A DNA stretch of 62,637 nt, counting the filler, from Sphacelaria rigidula (taxonomy: Eukaryota), in the NCBI GenBank assembly GCA_964200075.2. It is 4 parts of 4 records of this genome, joined end to end, with 100 filler letters (N's around TTAATTAATTAA, not from the genome) between each part and the next. Parts side by side here need not be neighbours in the genome. Positions count along the whole stretch, not along the records: positions 31,371 to 46,954 come from CAXNAA020001688.1; positions 47,055 to 62,637 come from CAXNAA020001689.1; 2 more parts are not named here. One strand, written 5' to 3'. Below the pieces are notes generated by a model that had not been told where the DNA came from, searched no databases, and was given only the letters and a program-made list of their open reading frames with translations. Numbering within the stretch: the first letter of the stretch is position 1; each line of letters opens with the position of its first letter. The position numbers and the translations under genes are program-made. Below are positions 37,951 to 50,017 of this stretch, one piece after another.

Positions 37951-38105
37951 GAGTTGAACACGGATGACTTGCTGTACCGAGCTCTGTGCTCGGCGGTTGC
38001 GGACAAGAGCGCCATGGATGCCTTGTCGGAGGAACAGCGGAGGGTGATCAAGCTGCATATCGATGAGTACGAACGGGGTGGCATTCATCTCCAGGGGGAA
38101 GACCG
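37951..38105 (+). CDS. MIPEP: Peptidase M3, mitochondrial intermediate peptidase-like, internal exon
   Basis: ttgcag|GAG...CG|gtgaga. ELNTDDLLYRAL...LSEEQRRVIKLHIDEYERGGIHL matches the MIP pattern LNT..LY..L...RRVA.L...FE.SGIHL. Confidence 0.8.
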
Positions 38106-38394
38106 GTGAGACGGGAAAAAAGAGACAGAAGAATGAGGGGAAATAGTCGTGCAGGGGGAGTGTCGGCACGCACCCTCCAATATGATGGTTCTTGAGCAAG
38201 ATCAAAGGAAAAACTATGAATATGGCGCAACTGCCCCCCGCCGGATAATGCTCAAAATAATATAATTCCGTGTAAAACTACGTTTTCAATGGGGGTTTAT
38301 TGTCGATATCGCTGTCTTTTCTGCTCTTTGTCGAAGAGGAACTGCTCATGTTTGTTTATATGTTTTTCCCGTGTTAACAGGAAATACGACTATG

Positions 38395-38784
38395 TGTGTG
38401 TGTTGTGTGATGTCATCCCATGTATCCTGGACGCCAGTTTTCACCTTCCGGTACATGTGGGCGGATCATCCAGAATCACACAGGAGGAAGGTCACCCACA
38501 GGATATACATATATATATATATATATATATTTATTTATTTTCTCAGTGACCCACCCTCCTTCTGCGGTGCTTACCCTACTTTCTATCGCGAGAAGGTTTC
38601 GGTGGTCCCTGTCCCCCGTCGACCGTGAAGTTGAATTTTGCGTATTCATGGCATCGTTGTTCTCCATTTTTTGGCATGATGCGAGACAAAAAAATCCCAG
38701 ATCATGTGACTTCACCGAGATTCGAATCCACGTCCACCCGCCGGAGGGTTTCGAGGTCTCCAACTGAGCGACTGGAGCGACCAG
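38395..38784 (-). mobile_element. SINE family A, full-length copy
   Basis: aaaaaatcccagatc...gagattcgaatccacg...ggtttcgaggtctccaactgagc, homologous to 2057-2146. Confidence 0.8.
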
Positions 38785-39799
38785 AATGTACGCCCGAGAC
38801 AAAACAAAATGCAGAGCACTGTCATTTTTGCACCTACCTCCTCGTTGTGTCATGGGGGTTCGAGAGCGATGGAGGAGAACGCGAGGAGGGTGTCTTGCCT
38901 GTTTAATTTCCGGTTTGCGTGATTGGAGGTCAATTAATGTAACTTGGGCGATAGAAGAGGGCGGTTAATATTTATCCATCATCCAAACTCACTCGTTGTG
39001 GCATATTTCTTCATGACTGACCGTGACAGTAGCTTCATAACCCCGAGCCAAAACCTCAGGCATGCCGATAGCTCTCGAGGAGTGCGATAGTAGGCTTGAG
39101 GCACGGCGAAGCGTGCACTGGCGAGAGTTAAGGCGCCGATTTGAGCACTAACATGTGTTGTGCACGCTGACGGAAACTTCGAGGCTGGTTTCCAACGTAG
39201 TAAACAGGGACGTTTCAACCATCGATTTTTGAAGAATGGTTGACGCAGTGCGGGAGTGCGAATTCAATCCGCGGTACCCAAAACTTGAGGTTTGTACCAT
39301 ACTGCACCAGGGGAGAGATGGGGTGTTCCCCCCCCCCCCCCCCCCCCCCCCCCGCCCCCTCCCGGGGGGGGGGGGGGGTCCCCCCCCCCCCCCCCCCCCC
39401 CCACGGACTCGTCCGGAGGGATTGGAGGGGTTGAGAGTATGACCTGAGAAAAAAAAATGATTACGCTATGTAAATACACTTTGATTCCGCAGAAATGGAA
39501 TCGCCAGGATATCAGCTCGCAAGTCATATGCTGCTTTTTTCGGGGGGGGCGTGGGGTCTCTGAGAGCTTGGCTAATTTATGTGTAGTAAAACCAGACGGT
39601 GAAGTAGACATTCTCCAGTAAGGCACTCCGATTATGTGAGCCGGATGTAATTGTGTTTTTTACCCTTGTTTCATTGTGCGCATGCTTACACCCTATTGGG
39701 GGTAGTTAGCCCGTGCCCGCGGAAGGCGTTCGCATCACATGCCCAGCACAGGGTACTGTGCAGAGACCGGAACGATTTTTAATTTGAAAACAGCAGCAG

Positions 39800-39830
<31 letters not shown>

Positions 39831-40079
39831 TCCGCAATCAAGGGGCTTCAATTGTCGATGCTTGCAAGTAGTCAAAGGTCTCGGACTTTGTCCTCGTGAT
39901 GTAGGCATTCCAATGATCTTGTTGCGGTGGCAGGGAAAAAATGCCGTGCACGTCCGTTTGTTGGGGCAACTACCATCCGTCGGAACGCCCTCACCTAGAC
40001 TCCGTTCGTTATACCTTGAGTACGTACGCCTGTCTTGTGATCACGGAATGCGCAGCGGATCAGTTAGGGTACGACAATC

Positions 40080-40440
40080 AAATAACCTAGTCGTGTATAA
40101 TATGGTATGGTATGATGTAATATAATGTAACGCGATATAATCTGATCTGATCCGATCCGATCGAGACCAATCGAGTTGAATAAAATCAAACCACACGATT
40201 GCATCCTATCAATCCGATGGTCAGTCCGCCAACCCATCAATCCTAATCAAATCAAATCGAGTCGAGTCAAATCAAATCGATCTAGAATCGAATCAAATGA
40301 AATCAAAATAGAAAACAATCAGATCAACATCAAAACCAATCAAATCAAAATCAAAATCAATCTACTCGAAATCATATCAAATCAAATCAAATTAATCCAT
40401 ACATCCGTCAGTCCGTCCGTCCGTCCATCCGTCCATCCAT
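40080..40440 (+). repeat. Low-complexity compound microsatellite (ATCAA/TCCG-type)
   Basis: Degenerate aatca, gatcc and tccg/tcca runs. Confidence 0.85.
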
Positions 40441-40549
40441 TAGTTTCTCAAGCATGTTAAGCACGAGGAAGGATGCACAAAACGCACGACTTCGTATTTT
40501 AGGTCCTCGCGAATGCTTGGCACTACTTTCGGTCGGTACCCCATACCTA

Positions 40550-40870
40550 TGACGCCCCCGTGGTCTAATAGTCCAACTGACACCATCAGGGTGGACAGAA
40601 CGCGAGTTCGATTCACATTAGATGTCTTTCGATCTTTCCTTGGAAGTATCTCATTCCCACCGTTGAAAGCGAGAGAACGTACGTGAGTAGCAAGAAAATG
40701 TTTGACTGCTCATCTTCGGTGAGAATCGACACGGGGTGAGATAGTAGATGCTGATCCAATCCGGGAGACCAAAATCCAAAGGCGTACCCAGAGAAAGAGG
40801 TGGGTTCACCCCTTGAGACCACGGATTCGTCCCCCAAGGAGGGGTGAGGATTCAAAATGTGACGAACAAA
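40550..40870 (+). mobile_element. SINE family B copy
   Basis: gagttcgattc box B; ccccttgagaccacggattcgtcccc. Confidence 0.7.
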
Positions 40871-41017
40871 AAGTTAGGGGGGGGGGGGGGGGGGGGGGGG
40901 GGGAAAAGGGAACACCCCCGCCAGCGTGGGGTTGTGATGCATTGGGTGTGGGGGAGGGGGGGGGGGTAGTGGANNNNNNNNNNGTGGAAAGGGAAGAGAA
41001 GAGGGGGGGGGGGGGAG

Positions 41018-41060
<43 letters not shown>

Positions 41061-41249
41061 TGGGTACACGGTACCACCTTCGCCACGTCAGGTTTGCATG
41101 CGTCCTGATTTGGAGATGAAGCGGAGGTAGTGGACCTTTCAGAAAGTACAGCCGGGCGGATAAAACCAATCAGGCCACGTGATACCTTCCTTCACCAGCC
41201 CATGTGTGTGCATTATCTTGCCGCGTGCGTGTTTACCCGTGGTGTACAG

Positions 41250-41337
41250 GGCAGAGGTGGTGGCCCTCCAGAACGAGTGCACGAGGCTGGAGGGGCTGTT
41301 CGAGCACAACATCGTCGCCAAGCGAGGAGCGTTCCAG
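41250..41337 (+). CDS. MIPEP: Peptidase M3 / MIP-like, next exon
   Basis: gtacag|G GCA..., phase 2, matching the previous exon. RAEVVALQNECTRLEGLFEHNI resembles the R..VV.L...I..L...F..N helix of M3 peptidases. The donor is either 41337 or 41342. Confidence 0.75.
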
Positions 41338-42634
41338 GTTCGGTAAATCCTGACATCCTGGCTTTGTTTCCGCCGCTAATTAGCCCTTACAGGCGTTGGG
41401 TGCAACATACGGAGGATCCCACCCTACGATGTGACCGATAGTTTTTTTCATGTTTTATTTTGTTATTTCGAGTCGTACGTATATTTCATTCCTCGCTGAC
41501 GTGTTGGCATGTTCGTGGGATGTCTTCTCCTTTTTTTTTTCTCATGTGTTTCTATCTTGTTCCACGGCTTTGTGACCGTAGGTACTAGATCACTGGGAAA
41601 GGGCTATTGTGAGAAACCACGACCCGCGAAAATGTTTTATAAGTCGTCGATTCTTCCATCAAGTTCGGTGGTCACCGAAAACTTGCCGTCTTTGACAATC
41701 AAGCGTTTTGCGCGAAATATGTCAATTTTCTTCGTCTAGCCTATGGCGATCAGAGAGCTTCATGTCTACACCCACATGCACTTTGACTCCAGCTTCTCTC
41801 ACAAAGTAAATTTCTGTTTCAACTCTGCTGCAATTTCCCTGAGATGGGAGTTATTCAGAGCATAATTTTTTTTTGTAGGAGATAGTTGGGGTCAGCACAA
41901 TTGGGGCTGGTACAGAGCGCTATGTAATAGTTGTATACGACGAACTAAAAAATGACAGCTATTAAAAGGAAGGAATCCTTTGGCGCAACTCCCAACGATT
42001 GTGTCACCGAGATATTTCGGTTGAGGCGGGGTCTTGCAGCAGTGGGGATGCAGAGGAGGCGTTTTTATAGACATGGAGTTTGGACTCTCCTGTCGTTCCG
42101 GGTGACGGGTAATCTCCGTTGCGTGTGGCAGGCCCTGCTTCGTTAGACCGATTTTGAACTTTGAAGGGTATTACTAACGCGTCTTTTTTTTTCTGAAATC
42201 TCATTTTTTTTCGAAAAAAGAACAAAAAACATCGTATCTCGGAAAACCTGAGAGTAGATTTCGTACCGAGATCAGGCAATAGATGAAAATAAGACTGAGG
42301 ACAGATTCGTCGGAAAATATGGCGTCGAATTTGTTGTTCGGCAATTTATTTTCGGCAAAAGTCCGGAAAAACAAAATCGGGGGAAAAAAAAAAAGAAGCA
42401 GAAAATCGCTAGTGAGAGTCCTAAGCTGATGAAGCTAGACGTCGTAGCGGGGGAGGAGCGGGTAGGGGTCGTTTCGTGAAACGGGTTGATTCCTTCGTAG
42501 ATTTGTTCCGTCGCGTTCACTCCATTCTTACTTGTCCGTTTAGTTGCTGGAGTGGGTGTTTGTATGTGAGTGTATATATCCGGAATGAGAATTTTCCCGA
42601 ATTTCGCAGCATGTTGCCTGCGGGGACAATTTTT

Positions 42635-44983
42635 CAGGGGTCTACACGTTACACATGCCACAGCGTTACACGTTACGTTCACGTTACGTTTTGGCCGAAA
42701 CGTAACGTAAACGTTTTTTTTTTTACGTGATGAACGTAACGTTAAAATTTCAAATGAAACGTGAACATAAAGTTAAAGTTTTTCACGTCACATACGTAAC
42801 GTAACGTGAACGTTTAAATGCCCAAACGTTTAAATCACGTCATATGAAACGTTTCATGTAACGTGTAACGTCTATTACACGTCACACGTTACATGTAACG
42901 ATATATGTTACGTTACACGTTACATGAAACGTCAGGAACACGTCACATGCAGTGGTGAAACTTCAAGTTTTCAGTGAATTTGAAAATCCTAGAAGATGGT
43001 GCCTCTATAAACACGAGTGAGTTTGAATGACCATGGTATGGATATGGTACTATTGCAAAAATTTCGCGCTCTCCACACCACACGCCACAATCATAACATC
43101 ATAACCATCTCGACCACATTCAAGGCTACTTCCTATGTATAAAAAAGAACACGTGGTCAGAAAACCCGTGTCTCAACAGCGCGATTTTCCACATAATGTT
43201 TCAAAGTAGCCTTTCTCACGTAATCGACGCACTGTCAAAATTGGAAACGCAGTGCTCATCGTTTTTTATGAGGTGTGCAGGCAAAATTTCAAATTCTGGG
43301 GCGCGCGAGATGGACCCAGCACTCTGCTGTCTTGTCGTAGTGTACGGTCTGTAGTGACTGTCTGTACTACTGTGATACACTACCTGCGCAATACATGGTC
43401 GGCTGCGTGACAAGCAAGACTATCAATACGAACACTGCCTTGCTGCACTAATAACTGACTGCAGAAGTGACGTTTGTGTTTTTCACTGCACGGTAGTGCT
43501 TGACTGAAAGGAAAGCACGGACAAGAGTACACACAACAGTACTGTATCGTATGCAGTGGCTGTAAAAATTTTCGTGAGATCGAGAGTATAGCGCTGATTG
43601 GGAGTGGCATTGTCCATTCGCTTCAACTTAGCCAGTTGTTCATTCCGTGTGTGCTTTTTCTCCCCTCCATCACTGGCGTGTGCTGCTTAAAGCTACACGT
43701 CAATATACTACTCAAGGATATCAAGAGCCTCAGTGGCAAGTTACTACAGAAAGCATACTGGGCCTCGTGGAGAGGCATTTCGGAACTGAAACGGGTAATT
43801 AACCAATTGACCGCTTTTCACTCTCAATCGTATCTTCTGCTCTCAATCTCACCAAAACCTTGTTTGGAGTGATGGCTTGGCTGCCATCATCACTGCTGTC
43901 GCTGATGCTCGCGGGCAGTCAGCGTTTTGATATATTGCCCTTCACTCGCCCGTAGTATGATGGCCCTTACCCCTTACCTCCATGAGAACAAAACAGGGCA
44001 GGGTCCATGACGAGTGCTGTCAGACACCCTGTATGCAGGTTGCACAGTAGTGTAGCTCAGTTCAGGTCTGTGCATGCAGCGTGTTGGAAACAGCTGTCGA
44101 ATACAGTACAGACTGCCCAAGCACCCAAGCCCCGTGGACACTACAGCAGTGACACTATTGCTTCTACTGTGGTCTTGCGTGTACGGTCAGTGCGGTCCTG
44201 TCTCTACAAGTCTTCGATACGTGGGCAGTCTGTACTGCATCGCTAGTGCTGTTCGCATCACGCTGCATGCACAGACCTGAAATGTGAACTACACTACTGT
44301 CTGTGCAAACTACACACAGAGTGTACAGCACTCGTCATCGACCCTGCCCTGTTCTGTTCTCATGGGGTAAAGAGCTACCATGATACTGTCGAGCGAAGGA
44401 CAATGAAGCAACACGCTGACTACCCGCGAGCACCAGCGACAGCAGTGGTGATGGCAGCCAAGCCACCCATGGCTGCTGTCGTGGGCTGGAGGGTGTGTTG
44501 GCGTGCGGCGGGATTTCAAACGCGTTTTCTGATCACATAAGAAGTGGGTTATCAGAAAACGCGTTTTTTTTATAGAGTTTTCTTTATACATGAGAACTAG
44601 CCGACGGGTCACCGTCGGCGTCACGTACACGGTAACATCACGCGTTAAACGACACATTACAACGCCCCAAACACTGGTGGATGAACCGCGACATGCACAG
44701 AATGAAACATTACATTCGAACGTTACACGTGTCAACGTAACGTTATATTAGACGTGACACGTGACATCGAAACATTTCATGTTACGTTACATGTAACGAA
44801 ACGTAACGTTAATTTTATTTTACGTGATTAACGTAACGTGAACATAACGTTGAATTTTCATATGAAACGTTAACGTAACGTTCAAATTTATTTAACGTGA
44901 CATACGTAACGTAACGTGAACGTTCAATATTTTTTACGTGATGAACGTAACGTGAAAGTAGACGTGCAACGTGTAGACCCCTG
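42635..44983. mobile_element. Non-autonomous TIR DNA transposon with ACGT-rich subterminal arrays (hAT-like termini)
   Basis: TIR caggggtctacacgtt...aacgtgtagacccctg; ~300-bp acgtaacgt/gttac arrays at both ends; no transposase ORF seen. Confidence 0.8.
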
Positions 44984-45104
44984 ATTTTGTCCATGTTTTG
45001 ATTTTCGTTTTTGTTCTTGTTTTTCTATCAGAGGTTTCGTGCGGGAGCTGTTTGTCGGTCGTCTTGCCTGTCGTCTTGGCCTGCAGTATGTACTCGTACT
45101 GATG

Positions 45105-45435
45105 GCCGCCCCCGCCCTGGTGGTCTAAATTAAAATGGTTCAACTGACACTATGAGGGCGGGAAAACGCGGGTTACATTTCCGATCGATGCGTTTGTTTG
45201 GCTTTTTTTTTCGAATTATTTGATTTCCGACGCTGAGAACGCAAGGACGTGAGTATCAACAAGAACAAAAGTTGTTCGATGAGAGTCGATGCGGTGCGGG
45301 AGTGCTGGTCATAATCCAATCCGCGAGATCAAAATGCAAGGCGTGTACGTACGTACTGGGGGAGAGGGTTGATGTCTTGAGAGTGCGGTGTCGTACCGAG
45401 GGAGGGGAGGGGTTGAAATGTAACGAAAGAAACAA
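45105..45435 (+). mobile_element. SINE family B copy
   Basis: Homologous head and body (gatgagagtcgatgcggtgcgggagtgctggtcataatccaatcc). Confidence 0.7.
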
Positions 45436-45799
45436 AAATAGTGGTCGTGTTTTTTAGTGTGCTGCGGTATATTTAGACATTTTTTTTAAATGACTCATCA
45501 TTACAGGCAGTATGAACTCCGTCTCACGATGTATTTTTGCTTCTTGTTCAGCAAAAGAGACCACAGTCCATCTCTTCGTATCGTGACCCACATGAAGAGG
45601 TGATAAGTGAGACCTCGATGCTTGTTATCGGCGGTAATTTGCCCTCCTTGTATTTCAGAGGGTAGCTCTCCAGTAGATCACATGGAAGAAGAAAAATATT
45701 CGACATTCCGATCCGAGGGAGATGGGTTAGCCTCCTTGAGGCAACGACGTCATTCCGAGGAATGGGAGCGGTTACAAAGTACGACTGAACGAGAGAAGA

Positions 45800-46020
45800 A
45801 GAACGATAATAACAGTAATAATAACATCGCTTTTCAGTGCCGGCTGTTTTAATTACCGTTATTAGTGCTATTCTTGTTCTTATTATTGTGTTCGTAGTTA
45901 CTATCATCATTGCTATTGTTGTTATTATTATAATTTTTTCTCATTGTTATTACTTTTATTATTCATTATTATTTTTATCATCATTATTGTCATCATTATT
46001 CATTATTATCATTGCTATTT
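45800..46020 (+). repeat. (ATT/TAT)n low-complexity tract
   Basis: Degenerate trinucleotide repeats. Confidence 0.85.
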
Positions 46021-46401
46021 CCGCACGATAGCCCGATCTCCCGAACCCGCGGTCACGGACGTCGGTTTGCCTTTCCAGTACCATCGCTGCGTGTTTCTTA
46101 CATGAGATAGAAGCGCTTACTGAGCGACTTCTTCTCAGCCTCAAAACAACAGCATACAAAAAGTGAGAGAGGCGTGAAAAAAATAATCGAGCGAAAAAAC
46201 TCCCCCCGAGTTGGTCAGGGCGTGGTAAAACAAACTCATCGCATCTGCTAATCCAGTAAAGGAACTTGAGAGACGTAGCACGACATGAATAAAAAAGTAT
46301 ACCCCAGGGGAATTCATGGATGCCAAGTTAAAGACGACAACCCCAGGTATCCACGAAGAAACCCACAGCAATTTGTTTAGGAGGACGGCAGAGGCACACA
46401 T

Positions 46402-46488
46402 ATCCCGTCCGCTCTGTGAAGTTAAGCGGCGTCGGGCCAGGCTAGTACTACGGTGGGGGACCACGTGGGAAGCCCTGGTGCTGTTCCT
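46402..46488 (+). rRNA. 5S rRNA, 5'-truncated copy (lacks the first ~31 nt)
   Basis: atcccgtccgctctgtgaagttaagcggcgtcgggccaggctagtactacggtgggggaccacgtgggaagccctggtgctgttcct, followed by a T-run. Confidence 0.92.
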
Positions 46489-46492
46489 TTTT
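46488..46492 (+). terminator. RNA polymerase III oligo-T terminator of the 5S copy
   Basis: TTTTT immediately at the 5S 3' end. Confidence 0.7.
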
Positions 46493-46841
46493 AGCTTGCG
46501 AGTACTTTGAATGAAAGCAGAGAGCGGAGGGTGCTGTTTTTTTTTGTTTTCAAATCTTACTCGTAATGAGAATAAGAAGAGCAGACGATGAATAGCTGCC
46601 CTCTGCGTTGAAGAAGTTTGTATTTTTATCCGAGGGTTATATACGGAGCAGGTCGGTGCTATACGCAGAGCGTATTTCCTGCGGGAGCGTAGTAGAGCGG
46701 CGCCGTGAGAGATAACGCCAATATCTGAGGGGGAATGGCGCAAGTTGGACGTGATGCGCGAAAGTCTGGTGTTGCGATGTGACGGGAAAAACGCTGCGCG
46801 AGCCTGTAACATACTCAGAGTGAAATTGGCGAAAGGTGCAG

Positions 46842-46849
46842 CTATATAC
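46842..46849 (+). promoter_or_regulatory. TATA-like element about 25-30 nt upstream of the 5S gene
   Basis: ctatatac upstream of the +1 at 46871, a position typical for 5S genes. Confidence 0.45.
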
Positions 46850-46870
46850 AGAGTTTCGTTGACTACCCAC

Positions 46871-46954
46871 AGGATCGGCCATACCACGTCGATAGCACCA
46901 CATCCCGTCCGCTCTGTGAAGTTAAGCGGCGTCGGGCCAGGCTAGTACTACGGT
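46871..46954 (+). rRNA. 5S rRNA gene, 3' end cut by the contig end
   Basis: aggatcggccataccacgtcgatagcaccacatcccgtccgctctgtgaagttaagc..., a brown-algal-type 5S sequence. Confidence 0.95.
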
Positions 46955-47054
46955 NNNNNNNNNNNNNNNNNNNNNNNNNNNNNNNNNNNNNNNNNNNNTT
47001 AATTAATTAANNNNNNNNNNNNNNNNNNNNNNNNNNNNNNNNNNNNNNNNNNNN
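46955..47054. other. Artificial contig spacer
   Basis: N44-TTAATTAATTAA-N44. Confidence 0.98.
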
Positions 47055-47992
47055 ACGACGACGGCCAGAATCAACCCCAGGCCCCCCCCCCCCCCCCACG
47101 CGCGCGCGCGCCCCTTTTTCACTGGAATTTACTACTCCAATCCTTTTCGTCGACATGAATAGCGGTATATCAGTGAAACAGAGGGACCTGGATTTCAATG
47201 TGTCAATGGGTTGCGCGCAAATCTCATGTCGATATTTCCGGTACCAACTCGACATATTGGCCAGCACGTGATCACATTGGCACATGTTTGCAGTCACATA
47301 GTTACGCATACAGACTTACAGTAAAGACAACAGAGTGTTTCGGCTATTCACTTTTGATTGGCGAGGAATGGAAAACATCGACGTTCATCAGGTTTGTTTC
47401 GTATCGGGATATACATGCTCATAAAAGTATGTCAAATGCCGCATGTTTTGTTCGTGAGTTTTCGGAAGAGCCAGTACAAGAACCGGAAAGAGAACGAGTG
47501 CAAAAGCGGAGACGCGAGTTTCGCACCATCTCAGCGGATCTCGAAACTGAGTGGCTTCACGTAATTGCCCCGACTCATCGATCAGAGATCAGAAACGTAT
47601 TGCCAGCTTGTCCTGGCTCAGTGTCGTTCAGACAATATGGTCATCTACCACGATATGGGTCTCTTGGTCGACCCAGCTTGTGCGCTGCGGGCATTGTCGT
47701 CATCCCTGTTCACTCGGTCCGGTTGTGAGTACGAGGCTCGACTCTTGGCGGAGCGATGAAGACGCGAAGACACTCCACACACTAGGATCATCGCACGAGT
47801 CGGTAATGGGAAGCTCGACTGTGCAGCAAATTGCAAGTGCGTTGAAATATGAGTTGGTTAGTGAGCCGTCCGCGGTCACTGGTTTTGCCAATGAGCTAGC
47901 TATATAGCGCCATTGTTCCAAGACCACGAGGACGCGTGTTGCCCCCTACTGTTCGCCAAGAAGGGTGTCATCATGTTTGCGTCCTTATAAAG

Positions 47993-48067
47993 GTCTACCA
48001 GAAACGTGCTCATGGTTCAGCTGTCGATCTTTCGACCACAAACGTGCACAAATGTAGAAGATTCAAG
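47993..48067 (+). CDS. Putative DEG/ENaC-like membrane protein, candidate exon
   Basis: taaag|G TCT...TCA AG|gtttca. STRNVLMVQLSIFRPQTCTNVEDS; phase fits the next exon. Confidence 0.45.
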
Positions 48068-48186
48068 GTTTCACCTCTGGCGCAAACGTTCGCCCAAGTA
48101 TGCTGCGTGCTGTCGAATGCATCAAACTTGGAACCCTCGCCTCTCCGACCTTCGCGCGTTCATCTCCCCCCCTGCTTGCATTGCAG

Positions 48187-48301
48187 TGAGAGTGTTTACC
48201 TGTACTTGAACGATACGGAAACTAATGAGGTGTCCACGGGAATTCAGGTGTCGTATACCTGCGTCACCAGCGAATCGAGCAGCCATTTCTTCAACTACGT
48301 G
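48187..48301 (+). CDS. Putative DEG/ENaC-like membrane protein, exon
   Basis: ttgcag|T GAG...GTG|gtgagt. ESVYLYLNDTETNEVSTGIQVSYTCVTSESSSHFFNYV. Confidence 0.8.
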
Positions 48302-49340
48302 GTGAGTGCCCGGCCTAGTATTCGCTCCTTGCTACACACCCATGCTTGCTGTTCACGTTCAGGTCGGTAGGCATTTGTTGACAGCATGGCGCTCGGCCGG
48401 AGGACGTACTGCGCAATCGGCTCAGCTGTCCCGGTTGACGAGAGGGGTATATGTTTCATACACGACGATTCGACTTCACGGTCGATGAGGGAAAGATACC
48501 GCTGCACCCCTTTCGCGTTAATAAATGGAGGCAACCACCGCAGGAGGAAGGTGGAGAGCTAAAACAAACAAAAAAGAAAAAAAACTCCCGTGTTGGCCTT
48601 CCATCTGTGTGACCCCGGCTGGTGCGCCCACATGTACCGAAAGGTGTATACCGGCGTCCAACACACACGTTATATATGCCGTATACCTTGATACAGTACC
48701 GAGTGCTGAACAAGATGATACTCGGTGAGGGTAGCTGGCGGGACTTCGAAACACACGGAATTCTGCATGAAGGGGGGTTGTGCGATGAAAACAATAGGGT
48801 CTCGCCAGATCTGCACGGGAGGTATATTGGGTGGTTTGGTTGACGCTGGAGCACGAAGCGTCAACTAGATAACGGTGTGATGGAAGGAACGGTGTTGTGG
48901 AGTGCATGCTCGTAGCTCCGGTCTCGAAACCATACCCGTCATGGTTGATGTTGAGTACATCTCACGGTTGTAAACTAGGCAGCGATAGGTCATACATTCG
49001 ACACGAACATTCGACTCGGAACATGACGACCCTGACTGAATTTCTACAATCGAAAGAATAGTGGAAGACGTCACGGGAAGATCCTACATGAACAGCTGGC
49101 GTGCAGCATGAATAATGTAGCAAGATATTTTGTTCAAGGCTGACGCTTGGAGCCTAACCTTACGCAGTCGTGAAACATTTTCACAAGGTTGGTATGGAGT
49201 TGGGTTTTTCATTACTCTCGAACTATGCGTCAACGTGCAAGGGCTGATTCTCACCCGTTCGGTATACTTGGATCTAACTCCCCAACCGTTTCGAATTGTC
49301 CTCAATTTACTGCGTTGGGTCTTGACCGCGCCTCTGCCAG

Positions 49341-49433
49341 GGAATGGGAGTAACAGAAGAAGTGAAACTGGACAAGACAAGGAAAGCCAGCTACAAAGCA
49401 TTGTCGACTTCATCTGCAATCTACAAAGATAAC
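49341..49433 (+). CDS. Putative DEG/ENaC-like membrane protein, exon
   Basis: tgccag|GGA...AAC|gtgagc, 93 nt, phase 0-0. GMGVTEEVKLDKTRKASYKALSTSSAIYKDN. Confidence 0.8.
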
Positions 49434-49872
49434 GTGAGCTCTTCGTGATCATGCTTCAGGTGCAAAAAATGTGTTTCCGTAGCGCACAGGTTAAAACTTC
49501 TCCGTATGTACCTCTGAATGTCCACGGTATTTGCAGCGCAGAATCATGCGCACGTTCGACGTAGCATGGTGCAGTAGCTTCAGATCATTCACAATTGCAT
49601 GGCTACATTTACTTCAGGGTCGTCCCCGCATGTGGTACACCATCTCAGGTCAGTACTGTACCATGTGCCGTTGATGGTTCCGGCCGTCGGCTGAAGCTTG
49701 GTTGTTACAGGGTTCGGCCAATAGCGATGTCGGCTCGACTAGCAGTGCACGAGATGATACTACAACAATTCATCTCAACTAGCACGATGACTGCGTAGGT
49801 GTGCTCGACCCCGCGGCACTCTTTGCGCTGAATGTGTAGCTCGCTGTCCCACCGTCGATATGTTGTATTCAG

Positions 49873-50017
49873 AGGACTGCCAACATTACGGAGATAGAAG
49901 CGCCATATGCCTACTTGGCGATCAACATAGCACAGGAGCCGGACTCTTGGGAGACTGTCACGGAAGTGAATCCTCTTGAGATAGCGGAGATCTTCGGTAA
50001 CGTCGGAGGGTTCTGGG
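49873..50017 (+). CDS. Putative DEG/ENaC-like membrane protein, exon with pre-TM2 and the start of TM2
   Basis: attcag|AGG...TGG G|gtgaga. PYAYLAINIAQEPDSWETVTEVNPLEIAEIFGNVGGFW. Confidence 0.82.

Noticed and set aside
39320-41060. Poly-Pro/poly-Gly ORFs and G-quadruplex-like runs (also 61340-61530)
   Set aside because: Long G/C homopolymers, some next to small N gaps; low-quality or simple sequence, not coding.
46141-46887. 248-aa minus-strand ORF
   Set aside because: Antisense to the 5S gene and spacer; a chance ORF.
47310-47560. Further upstream exons of the channel-like gene (TYSKDNRVFRL..., SQYKNRKENEC...)
   Set aside because: Splice sites are plausible but there is no recognisable motif or TM1; left uncalled.
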